Made by a program: the position numbers and the translations under genes
Shown: in pieces, positions 23,689 to 35,900 of the stretch
Position numbering within the stretch: the first letter of the stretch is position 1
Layout of the letters: each line of letters begins with the position of its first letter
NCBI GenBank assembly: GCA_020536535.1
Contig: JAHLWZ010000943.1
Location: 1-39,854, forward strand
Length of the DNA stretch: 39,854 nt
Direction: 5' to 3'
Origin: Pelomyxa schiedti
Lineage: Eukaryota; Protista; Evosea
The notes under the pieces: model-generated
Told to the model about the DNA's origin: nothing
The model's database searches: none
The model's input: the letters and a program-made list of their open reading frames with translations, nothing else

Positions 23689-26600
23689 ATGCCTGTGGTA
23701 CGGAGAGTGAGCGAGATCAGGGCGTTGATGTCGCGCAGGGACAACGTGAGGTTGGTCACGGTGCTGGAAGAGGAGCGAGACGCCGCCAACCGGCTCATCA
23801 ACGCACGCGACGGCCGGCACAACGTGCAAGGCAGCCTGCTGTCCTCCCCCAGCGCCGTCGAGGTGGTCCCCGACGTAGGCGAGAACAGGTTCATGGACAC
23901 TGCCTGCGACGAAAGGCCCCGCCCTGTGTGGCTGTCCAAGGTAGGCTTGGCATAAGATATCTGCCATCTAATATCTACCACCCACCCACCCACCCACAGT
24001 GGGGGCTGCCATTTTGCTGTTTAGTGGTGTTAAAGTTATAATGAAGTTTGGGTGTTGTTGGGTGAAATGGACAGTCTACTAACAACTTTGGGATAGCCCC
24101 CTGTGTATTCGATGCATTACACGGCACCAGAAGATGTTCAGATACCACCTGGTAGTGACGTATGATAACCACGATTCATAAATTACCCTCGGGAGTTTTT
24201 TTTTTGTTGTTGTTGTTGTTGATGCTTTTATTTTTATTTTTTCTGGGTGTGTTTTATTATTATTGTCACCAGAACTCTTCTTATGTCTAACTTACTCAGG
24301 GCAGAGATTTTTGGATCAATGTGATTGAGCCACTTAAAGCCCACCTGGTTTCTGAACCCACATCATCCCTCCATATTTCAGATGGTGCTCTTATTGTTGT
24401 AGACTGCCTTGAGGGTGTAGGCTTTCAAACTGAGCCACTCATTTGGCGGGCACTTGCTGAGCGTATCAAGCTCGTTCTAGTACTTAACAATGTGGACAGC
24501 CTCTTTGCAGTCGAGCACGATCCCGAGAAAGTGTACAGAACCCTTACTCAATCAATTGATACTGTAAACGCCATTATTGGGGCTTGCACAGACAACTTTG
24601 TGATGTGTGAGAGTGACACCAGAGCCTCTCCAGATAAAGGAAACGTTGTGTTTGCAAGTGCAGAACAAGGATGGGCATTCACTCTCATGGACTTTGCCAA
24701 ATTATACGCATCTAGGCATGGGATTAGCACTGAAGAAATGATGCATAGATTATGGGGGGACAACTTCTATGATCCGGTTTCACTGAAGTGGAAGACAGAA
24801 CCAACTGGTGAGGGAGGAAAACTACTTCCACGTTCCTTCTGCCAGTTAGTCATTGATCCAGTGTGCAAGCTCTGTGAAGCTTTGATGGCTGGTGATGACA
24901 AAGCCAAATGCAATTCCATGCTTTCCCAATTGGGAATTTGTCTCAAGGAAACAGAAATGGTGCGCCACTACGTTGCAGTGCCCTCTCTCATGTACCACTA
25001 GTGTTTGGTCACTCAGCAGGCACTTGTCAAACGTGTGATGGGAAAGTGGCTTCCGATCAATACGGCTCTCCTGGAGGTTGTGATCGCGCACCTTCCATCA
25101 CCTGTGGTTGCGCAGCAGTACCGAGTTGAGAGCCTTTATACTGGATCCATGAACGACCCTGTCGCACAGTCAATGAGAGCCTGTGACCCCCACGGTCCGT
25201 TACTAGTTTATGTGAGTAGATTTGTTCCCCTATCCTATAGAGGGAGATTCCTCGCTCTATGTCGTGTATTCAGTGGCACCTTCGATGACACAGTGACAGT
25301 GAGGATCATGGGGCCTAACTACCTTCCCGGAAAAAAGGTGTGGTGTCTCTGTTTCCTTTGTTTGAGCGTGAAGGCCCACTCACGCTTTTCCAGGATTGCC
25401 TGTTCAGAAAAACTCTACAACGCCCATTTATAATTACGGAAGGAAGTTGCGAACAACTCCCAGCATGCCCCTGTGGGAGCGTGATTGGGATAATCGGCTT
25501 AGATCCTTTCCTCCTCGAGTCGGGCACTATCTCTGATAGCGAAGAAGCTAACAGGATAATGGATATGAAACTCTGTCTCACACCAACTGTGAAAGTTAAG
25601 ATCGAAGCCAAAAACTATGCCGACCTTCCAAGACTTGTGGAGGGGTGCAAGATACTTACAAGGAAAGATCCGCAATGTAAGCATGATGTTGATGACCAGA
25701 GTGGTGACCGAGTCATCTCCTGTGTAAGTGAGCTCCACCTTGAGAGTTGCTTGCAGGATTTGTCAGAAATCACTCGAGCAATCCCACTCCAGGTTGGTGC
25801 ACCATACACATCACTCCGTGAGACAATCATGACAGACTCACAACAAGAGTGCATAAGCAGGTCACCCAATAGGAACAACAGACTATACATGAAGGCTGAA
25901 GCACTTGGAAATGACCTCACCAACTTGCTGGAGTCCAGAACTCCCGGCAACTCCAACGTGGATCCGAGGATTCTTGCATGTACCCTCGTCGAACAGTTCA
26001 AGTGGGACCCCATTGACACTTGTAAATTGTGGTGCTTTGGGCCCGACGACATAGGGCCAAATGTCCTTGTTGATATGACTGAGGGCGTTCCGCTTATAAA
26101 GGAGATAAAAGACTCAATGACAAGAGCGTTCCAATGGGCGATGAAGGAAGGCCCTCTGTGTGGTGAACCCGTGCGCGGTGTCAGAATCAACTTCCGTAAT
26201 GCAACGTTGCACCTTGATACCATACACAGAGGTGTAGGGCAAATCGTTCCAACATCCCGGAAATGTTTTTACGCTTGCATTCTCACTGCCTCTCCGGCCG
26301 TATTGGAACCCATTTACCTAATGGAAGTACAAGTCTGTGCATCCTTCCCTATTCCATTGCTCACTCCTATTTTTTCCCCGCAGTGCAGAGACACGAGCCT
26401 TACAGATTTATACGCGGTCATCATGAAAAGGAGGGGCCAGATTATATCTGAGGACCATAGACTGGGCAGCAGATCACTTTCCGTTGTCCGGTTTCACATT
26501 CCGGTTATGGAATCATTCGGACTGACCGCGGAGCTGAGGACCTGCTTCCGCTCCAGTGGATGTGATGTTGTACAAACAGCGTTTGACCACTGGTCCATGC

Positions 26601-26719
26601 TTCCTGGAAACCCCTATGACGCCACCACACTGTGTGGGCGTCACGTCTCACAAATCAGGCTCCGCAAGACCCTGCCAGAGTCAATCCCCGAAATCGACTC
26701 CTTCGTTGATAAACCATAA
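23689..26719 (+). CDS. EEF2: Divergent eukaryotic elongation factor 2 paralog with degenerate GTPase motifs
   Basis: Colinear with eEF2 from IRALMSRRDNVR through DGALIVVDC.EGV, GWAFTL, LWGDNFYD, HLPSPVVAQQYR, SPNRNNRLYMKA, WCFGPD, EGPLCGEPVRG, IHRGVGQIVP, PVMESFG and FDHW to IDSFVDKP*. Confidence 0.92.
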
Positions 26720-26749
26720 ACCTTCGTAGCTCCACCAAGCTTCCGGAAG

Positions 26750-26759
26750 AAAAAAAAAA
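26750..26759 (-). terminator. RNA polymerase III oligo-T terminator of tRNA-Ala
   Basis: A run of 10 T on the minus strand begins 3 nt after the tRNA discriminator base. Confidence 0.75.
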
Positions 26760-26761
26760 GT

Positions 26762-26834
26762 TGGAGGTGCGGGGTATTGATCCCCGTGCCTCTCGCATGC
26801 TAAGCGAGCGTTCTACCATTTGAACTACACCCTC
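26762..26834 (-). tRNA. tRNA-Ala (anticodon AGC)
   Basis: GAGGGTGTAGTTCAAATGGTAGAACGCTCGCTTAGCATGCGAGAGGCACGGGGATCAATACCCCGCACCTCCA folds into a 73-nt cloverleaf with the G3:U70 Ala identity pair, A73 and the eukaryotic Ala-type A54 T-loop. Confidence 0.95.
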
Positions 26835-26939
26835 GTTGGAGAGAACCTCCCCAGCGTGAAGCAAACACTAACAAAGGAAACCACATGGGAGGCGCAATGT
26901 CACCAGATCGAATCTAATCAAATCTAACTAAAGCGACAC

Positions 26940-29605
26940 ATGTGGTCGTGGTTGTCATGGAGTAGTTGGCGCAGGCAACGACCGCCAACAACAGCAACGA
27001 CAGGTGACAGTGGTTCTGGTGTGGGTGTTGGTTCGACGGCAGAAGGCAGGGACGAGGGCCGAGCGGGCGCTGGGGCGGGGGCGGCGCAGGCGGGCGCGAC
27101 GAGGGCAGGGGTGGGAGGGGGAGGGGGAGGGGGAGAGGGAGGGGCCGGAGGAGGAGGGAGGACGGGGGAGGAGGCACTGCGAGAGGCGGAGCGCGACTTC
27201 GCCCTGCGCCTGGTGTCCCAGAGTAGTGAGTTTATTCGATGCGCAATGGAAGGCCTTGGTCTGTTTCATTTTATCATTCAATGTCTTTCTTTTTTTTTTT
27301 TTTTCCCTGGCTTTCCCCTCGTCAATTTTCTGTATGGGTGATGATGGATACTCAATTTCATGTAGAGGTTGCAGAGCAATTCAACCTAACACCAGAGCAA
27401 GAAGAACATGCTCTAAGAGTGCTGACAGTTCCAACATTTGACAAGCTGAGATATGATTTGTGCCCCAAGAGAATGTTTGGTGTGAATAAACGTGAGTTTA
27501 GTATAACGGCACCTCACACAGGAGCGATTCTAGATTCTGGTTTGTGTACTTTATGATGTGGGAACAGCAAAAAGCTTCTCTGTGCAAAGGTGACCAGGTT
27601 TTTCTGCTTTCCTGTTCCCCCTTTTCTGTTCCCCTGCTGAGAACTAAAATTGTTTGTTGCAGGTGACCATGCTGTTGCCTCAACAAGTACCGCGAGAACA
27701 TTTTTCACTGAGACTAGGCGGCAACTTATGAGAGATATTGTATCCATTAAAGATGAAGCAGTTAAGGGACTGCAGCCCCACGTGCGAAGTGGAAGGATTC
27801 CAAGAGCCAAGGTGGTGAAGGATATGTAAACAATCAGAAAACTCAGTAAAGGCCCTGTAGTTATGGACAACCATCACTGGATGTAATTTGTACTTGGCAG
27901 AAGATCCTCATTTCTTCCAGGAAGCGTTGGCTGGAGCAGACACGTCAAATGTGTTGTCTTATACTGATGGTGGATTCCGGTAAGCTCAATGATTGTTAGT
28001 CTGTGTTCTGACATTCAAGTAAGGGAAACAGACCATCCATTTAAGGCAGAGGCTGAGTTGGAGTCGTTCAAGCTGCTACTGAGCTTAACTCAGCAGTCTA
28101 TCAATAACGTTCACCGAAAGTTCCTTCCTGATTTTGGTGTGCTCCTGTTATGCTTCTTCTCCAATGCCCTAAACCTATTTCCTTTTGTTATTATAGCTGC
28201 TCTTCTTGTGTCCTCGGTTACCACAGAACAAGCGTTGACTATATTACACCTTGTATTGTGTTGCTCGTCTGACCGTTTTTTCCCCTGTACAGAGGAAACT
28301 GAGAGCATATTTTTACTGAAGTTTCACAACCAAGTGAGAGAACAATTTCCAGTTCTTTACACCAGTAAGTGTTTCAATTCCACTTCACTTTTTTATTTCC
28401 CGCACCACCAAGAGATGGGATTTCTTGGCATAAACCTCAACCAGTTGGCATCAACATGGTTCGATAGACTATTTGTGGGAACATTAAAATACAAAACAAT
28501 ACTCCCAATAATCGACTGGTGATGCACTACTATTTATTGACTTATTGACAAACGAGCAGCTTCCTGTACGAGGGTTGGACAGTACTAGAATGCACAGCTC
28601 TTTCGATACTTTTCTGCTCCTCTCAGTCGCTCCTCTCAACAAACACAAAGGAAGAGTTTGAAAACAATTTATTTAACCTTCCTGAGATAGTGCACACCGC
28701 GAAATTTCTAAATGTAAGTTTTCCTAGCATTTCCACTTGATTCTTCCCAATTTGGCACCACTTATACGCTCATTTTGAAGATCTTGCATTCTTATTTGGA
28801 GGGTGGAACTCCTGTGATTCAGCAGCCCCTTCCGCTTCCTACTTCTTCCCCAGAATTCCTCTTCGAACCTTCTGTCTATCCATCTGCCCTGGTAACAGAA
28901 AGTCAGGTTAGTTGGGTGTTTACTTCTTTCGATTAACCCCCTCCATTAGTTTCTACAGTTGTGGAGTTGGATTCCACCCCCTATAAAGATTATGGTACTC
29001 ACCCCAACATTCTGATATTTCACTAATAAACACCCCGAAAAAAGACGCCAAAGCTTATCTACACCTCTAAACTGGTATTGCACGCCCGACAATTTTTCCT
29101 TGCTAAAAGCGGTTGAGGATGGATTTAATTTAACACACCTTTATCACGTCTGCAAGGACCGAGCACCACTTCTCCTGCTCCTGAGATCAGCCGAAAAAAA
29201 TGTAAGTTTTGTACCATCTTGTTCAGCTTCCTAACTGATTGCAGATATTCGGAGCCTATATCGCAGATGAACTACACATACAACCGCACTTTTATGGCAC
29301 TGGTGAATCTTTTCTATTCACCTTGTACCCTACTTCCGTGAAGTACGCTTTTACCAATAAGAACCGGTACTGCCTTCTTGTTGAGAAGGACAGCCTTGCA
29401 ATTGGCAGGTACAGTACTTCTGTGCACATAATCCAACTAAAAACAACTCAGTGGTGGACAATCCTCTGGTTTTGGACTTTTCTTGGATTCTGAACTTCAT
29501 CATGGTTCCACGCAGCACTGTGACACTTTTGACAATGTGCCACTCAATGCTGGGAAACCAGATTTTGAATGCATGGAGATAGAAGTTGTTGGTTTGTATG
29601 ATTAA
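26940..29605 (+). CDS. BSD + TBC-like (Rab-GAP) + TLDc domain protein, TBC1D24-like
   Basis: BSD: QEEHALRVL...KLRYDLCPKRMSDSRFWFVYF. TBC-like middle: GRIP..LW, WFDRLFVGTL, FLYEG. TLDc: DGFNLTHLY, IFGAY, FYGTGESFLFTL, LDSELHHGSTQHCDTFDN.PL, FECMEIEV. Confidence 0.85.
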
Positions 29606-29928
29606 AACAACAAACAAGCAAAAAAATGTTTGGAAATGTGTATTTTGACAAAGTACCTGCCGATTTAGCAAGTCGATTGTCCCTCACCCCACGGCTATTT
29701 GGGCTTTAAAATTTCACCATGACTTTATACCCGCCATGATGAATGTTAGTCACACCCGAAATGGAGCGCAAGTGAAAAAAAAGACTGCCACTAGTCTAAA
29801 ATGCAACGACGCCATTGTGGGAGTGTTTGTGGGAAAAAAGTTCTTGCCCCTACGATACGACGTAGCAAAACTTCGCACAATAAGGGATAGGCGAAAAAAT
29901 TGGTTGTTAGACGTCCGAGCCAAGACGG

Positions 29929-32900
29929 CTAAGACCTGTTAGTTAGCAGTTGAGTGAGTTTTCGAATAGACGGGGAAGAAGTCAAACCTGTGTAATCTGT
30001 TGTGTGGTGTATGGGGCACACGTGGGTGGGCGGGAGTCTCGGGACTAGACGTAGGTGGTGGATCCTAGAAGATAGTTCGGCGGTTAAGTTTAGTTCACTG
30101 GTGCTGGCTTAGTACCTTGGGTTTCTTTCTTTTGTCACGGATATAAATGTATAGGTTTTTGACAGTAGGACCCGAGCGTGCGGTGTGGACCGATACGTGG
30201 TGCCACAAAGATCTATTTGGTTGTATGAGAAAGATGGTGGTTGTACTTTCTTATTTGGGGATATACTCTTCAAGAGTGGGATGGGTTACAACGATCTTTT
30301 CAATGGCTTGCCCAATGGTGAGGAGGTACTGGAGATTTGTTTATTGAAAAGCACCGTGAAGGAACTTTACCTTCGAAGATTTGCTAACAACGAACTCCCT
30401 GGATGTTTCTTTATCCTTTTGGACAGTAAAGTAGCGTAGCTTTTTCAACGGAACTTGCACATCTTTTAGAAGCTCCTGACACTTGGACAGGTTAAAAATT
30501 GATTTGGAACACTCAAAATTTGAACCTGTGCTTCTTGTTTTTTGAACTGAGAGGGCACAGTCCTGTTTGTTTCTTTGAGTGGCTTGCTGAATAGTATTGT
30601 GATATCAGTGAGACTTTCGCTCTCCGACCTGTCAGATGAATCGTCACGGTCGGCAGGTTTTTTACTAGTTCTACTTGAAGATGCTTTAGGGCTTTCCGGT
30701 GACTCATCTTGTGGCAACTACAATATGTTAACATCAACTTGGAGAACCCATGATAAATACCAGCTTATTTTTTGTACTGGCACGAATAGGTCTGCCTGTT
30801 TTTGAGAGGAGAGGTGTAGAAGATGACGCCTTGGATGATATATGTGACCTCGGTATAGTGACTGTAACTCTTGTTCTCTTAGGGGTAGGTCCCGAGGGTT
30901 CTTGTGGGGAGTTGGCCTCGGAACCCTCTCCATCCTCGTTTTCACTGTTATGCTTCTTCACTTTCCCAGTTTTGATGTCAGGCTTGTTGTCCGATTCACT
31001 ATCGCTGGTGGTTCTTCCAGAAGGGGGATGACGGGAAGGCTTTCTGCTCTTCTCCGGCTCAGAGTCATAATCAGAGTTATCACTCTCCCGTTTTCTCTTC
31101 CTTTTACTTTTACTGGTACTTGTACTAGAATTGGGTTTGACATTTTCCTGTCTTGCTGAACGTAAATAGCGAAAGAGGGTATCTACTCTCCTCTGGAGCT
31201 GCGCCGCCTATAGTGGTTAGGCGATGTACTCCTGAGTGCTCATACCTTTATACTGCTACATTTATCCCCCAGCCCTAGTGATTTATCTGCAGTAATGGCA
31301 TCCCAGTTTCCAATCCCATGTCTATGTACGCCAAGTAGCAGTAATGCGTCGTCTCTGGGTCCTGCTCGAGTATAAGGTTTTTCATACTACTCGTCCACAC
31401 ACCCCAACTTTGCCAATTTGTAGACTTGCAATCGAAGGGTAATCGAAATGTTTTTAGATTAGAGCCATGCTTGGCAATAATCTCTTTCAAATATATCTCG
31501 TCGTGGAGACGATCGACAACATCTTTGGCACTGAAATTGGCTCCCCCAAAATCGACGAATGCTGAATCCTTTAGAAAATAGGGGAAAAAAGGGGTAGAAG
31601 AAACCTGGGGCTGCTTCGTTTTTAGCACTTTCAACAGCAGAAAAGCACAAAGCAGTAAGTTCTTCACCAAGTGATGTGAATCGCTGGAAGAGTTTGTGAG
31701 GTTTTTTCTGGTAGGGAGAATGTAACTGAAATTTCTCGGCCTGCTGGGAGAGGCTTGCCATTCATGGTAAGGATATCATTTATGCGGGATGCATCACCAA
31801 ATTTTTTAATGCCACGCAACACCAGGCGTACTTCCTTTTCATTATAAGGCATGTCCAACCCTCTGTTGGACCTTGAAGAATGACGACTTTTTCTTCTTGG
31901 GAATTGGGTTATTTGGTGGGTAGTTTTAAGTGTTAAAAAACCGGTCTTCTCTGGAGTCTTGAGCTCTAAGAACACATTGCCTAGGTCCCAGAGTTGACAC
32001 CTCTTCCTTCATTGGACCATTTTTTTCCTTCTCAAAAGCGTTCTGGCATTTGTCAATGTAAATTATTGGTGTGAATTCACAACCATTTCAGCTTTAACAT
32101 CTGGTGTGATTAGTTTAGACCAGAATTCGTCACCCTGGGTTGCAAAACTGGTCACTTTGAATGTATTCAATAGCTCCTCAGCAAGTGTGCTGTCTACCTC
32201 TTAAAGCCAATAAGAAAAAAAAGGGGGAAGAAGAAGCATATACGCTCAGTTGTGGTCTCAGCCCTGGCAAGGACTTCATCTAAGTCCATTTCTCCTGGAG
32301 CCTCTTTCTCCTGTTTAAAGATGTCCTCTGCGTTGAACTTGAGGATCATTTCCAATTCTTCCTTGTTAAGAGACTCAGAGTGCCTGCGTTTGGTTATTTG
32401 AGCACCTCCAATGTGGCCAGTGGTGTCCATAGACTGAATTACGAGATGATCAAGAACCATCTTCTGCTTAGCCCGCAGTAGAATACTTTCTTCTGGAAAA
32501 GAGGTAGACAGCACACTTGCTGAGGAGCTATTGAATACATTCAAAGTGACCAGTTTTGCAACCCAGGGTGACGAATTCTGGTCTAAACTAATCACAGTGT
32601 GCTTTAGCAAGAGGCGGTAAATGTTGACTACTTTTTCTTGACCAATACGATGGCATCTTGATTGCGCCTGGGAAGAAAAATGAGTCGAGACTTTAATGGT
32701 ACAAAACAAACCTGAAGATCATTCTGGGGGTTCCAGTCTTTTGATATTAGAAAAACAACAAACAGGAATGTGGTGCACTGACCTGAATCAAAAATAATTA
32801 CCGTGTCTGCAGTAACGAGATTGATACCAAGACCCCCCGCTCTACAAATAATTGAATTTTTAAGGCAACTATACAGTACTACCTTGTAGACAACAGAAAG

Positions 32901-35900
32901 CAAAAATCAGTGGATCCTTCTGCATTAAAATGGTCCATTGCCTGCAAGTTCCTTAAAAAAAGTATTCACCCACTTGGTACTTACTTGTTGTCTTGATTCA
33001 CGTGTCATAGACCCATCCAATCGTTGAAAATGCCAACCCCTACCATGCAAATAATCAGCTAAAATCTCGAGCATTTTTACCATCTACAAGGGTTGAGCTT
33101 TTGGAAAACTACTAGATTTGAAACCTGTGAGAAAATTAAAACTCTGTGCTTCGTCTCATACAGCCTGACCAAAAGCTTGTCCAAAAGAATCATTTTTCCA
33201 GAGTTATTGATCAGTGCTTGAAGAGGCTGCGATTCATTGGGGTTCTCGGCATTGGGAAATAGATAAGGGTGATTACAAAGCTTCTTGAGCTAGGAAAGAG
33301 AATGTCAACAAACTAAACCAGGAAATTGGACATACATCAACGACAATGTTGAGCAGGGTCGTTTTTCCTTCCCCCTTCACATTTTTATTCAATTCCCCAA
33401 AATTTCTCGTCAAAATCCACTTGTAGTACGTCCTCTGCATGGGTGTGGGATCCACTCGGAGAATTTGCTCTTTTTTTTGCGGCAAAGACTAGGTACAAAA
33501 AGTGGTCAGAATTAATAATTGTTTTGCTGCCATACTTTTTCTACATCTCTTTTCAATCTTCGTAATAAATAAGGTTTAAGTTCTTGATGGAGATGTGAAA
33601 TTTGATCTTGATGCTCAAGGATGGAGTATTGCTTCTCGAATGCCTCCAGATTGAAAAATTTATTTGGCATGAGGAAGTTCAATAAAGACCAGAGTTCCTA
33701 ATGTGAGGAATTAACACTCTTCCACTTTGTATAGCAGTTACCCCCAAGGAATTCTGAAGTGGAGTGCCCGTAATAAGTAATCTATTCCCAGTTTTGAATT
33801 CCTTTAGAACTTCATGTAGCTGGGAAGACGAGTTCTTGAGCCTGTGAGCTTCGTCAACAATGAGGTACCTCCAGTTGATGGCACCCAGGATACTTTCTAC
33901 TTTAGTCAGTGATAAGTAAGCTCAGAGGGTGTGATTACTGTCTTTAAGCACAAGTTCATAATTTGTAATAACAATATTAAACTTCAACTTGTGCCCTTTC
34001 CCATAGAATTCATGTTCGCGAATGACTTTCCTGCTTTCTGACACACCAGCATATACAACCTTCAGAAGGTTAAAATACCAACAAAAGGGGAGGTGGGGGC
34101 CACACAGTGTTTAAAGAGGGGGCCCACTTTTCGCACTCCTGAGCCCAATTGGTAATGGTAGAAAGCCTTCATTGGTAAGAATAAAAAGGGGGAAGTGAAA
34201 GACATACGGGACAACAATTAAATGAGGACCTCTGATGTGGTATGTATTGTGCAGGTGAAGGAGAAAAGCTATAGCTTGAACAGTTTTCCCCAAGCCCCTA
34301 TAATTTGGTCACCAACTCGAAGATTGAAAATATAAAAACATTTCATCGGCTAAAATGCCATTCATCCCTCTAGAAAAGGTCCATGTGAGCCAATTCAGGC
34401 CATCTAACTGGTAGTCTCGTAATAGGCCTCCCATAAGATTGCTGGGCTGCTCTGTGAGACTGGCATACTGTACATGTCTCAGAGGTTGCTGAACACGATA
34501 GCATGTACTGTTAACTAATTGTCACGAAAGGATGGGTACCTCTGGAGCCAGATATGCCCTCTCTCTATTCAAAAACGATTCTAATTCCTTTGGGTAGTCC
34601 TGGATTACTGGGAGCTGTTACTACTTCACTTGCTTATCTTTCATTCCATTCATACTTTCAGGTAGTTCCCACGTGCACTCTTGATAAGGTAGTCCTCGCC
34701 ATTTTATCAGGTATTCCACTTCGTCAGATCCTTCAGAAGATCTGTATCACAATGAGAATTAGTGATGGAAATAAAGCAGACACTTGCTTGCTTGAAACGA
34801 TTCTCTCAACTTTGCATGCCTCCACAATGGACTGCTGATGAAGTTCACGTTGAATGGCTATTTGTTCTATTACATCTGCACTTGCAGTCTATTCGCAATG
34901 AACTTACAGGAGTGGTGGAAAGAGAACTACTTGTACAAGAACGATCTCGGCTCTTTGCTGTTTGATATAAAATTGTAATTTCTTGAACCCGTTATAACCC
35001 GTGCACCTCTCATGCGTTTCCCAACTTTACAAGTGATTAGCGTAAATAAGATGAAAGGCAGAAGATCAACGTGTTGTGTATATAGGCTTTATCTTTCCAT
35101 TTTATTAGGTATTCTGCATCTTTCTCCCATTGTGTATGTAATGATTTGAGATCTGGGATGGGCCCATTCTCTGCACTGGGTCATTCAAGTTGTTGAATGT
35201 TGGATTACCTACCGACAATAATTGGCCTATGGTCAAGCACACGCTCGATAACAGGTCCAGTCCATTCACCTTGGCAATGGTGAAAAGGTAATAGATTACT
35301 GTAGTTCAGACTTGCTGCGGTAGTATGTGTCCTTTCACTACTCTCATCAAAGTCTCCATCATCCTCCTCATCGTCATCGTCATCGTCTTCCTTGTATGAC
35401 TTGCGTGTAGAACACCTTAAGGAGGTGCGAAGGCCAACAGGAGAGACCTTCCTTCGCTCTGGAATTGGTGAGGGAAAAAAAAGAATATGCTAGTGATTAC
35501 TAGGTCTTGTTCCGAAATCGCTGCCAGAGCCGCTTCCTGATGAATGATCTAGAAAGGTCACAAAAGCAACCAGTTTTTCCTTGCATACCACTGTAGTCGT
35601 CATAGTCATCAGAATCGCTAGGCTCACCCCCAAAATACTCATCATCATCCACATTACTGGGCTCAGAGGCACTTCCAGATTCATCCTTTAGAAGGTTAGA
35701 CAAATTACATGAGATTGAAAAACCTCAATTATAAATCGTCTTGGACGTGACCGTAAAGACCGAGCTGAATTTGAATATGCTGAGATGTCAGGTGAAACTG
35801 CTTGCTGTAGTACACAACCAGGGATTTTGATTGTTACACATGAAGCACTTTTCCTGTCACTGTTCAGATCAGTATCAAGAGTACTTGAAGGCACAACAGA

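Noticed and set aside
22793-26223. Long minus-strand ORFs opposite the kinase and eEF2-like genes
   Set aside because: They are antisense shadows of well-supported + strand coding exons and contain no recognisable motifs.
29736-29942. ATGATGA box C-like motif and a short ORF between convergent genes
   Set aside because: There is no matching box D (CTGA) or terminal stem nearby; the region is best explained as 3' UTRs.
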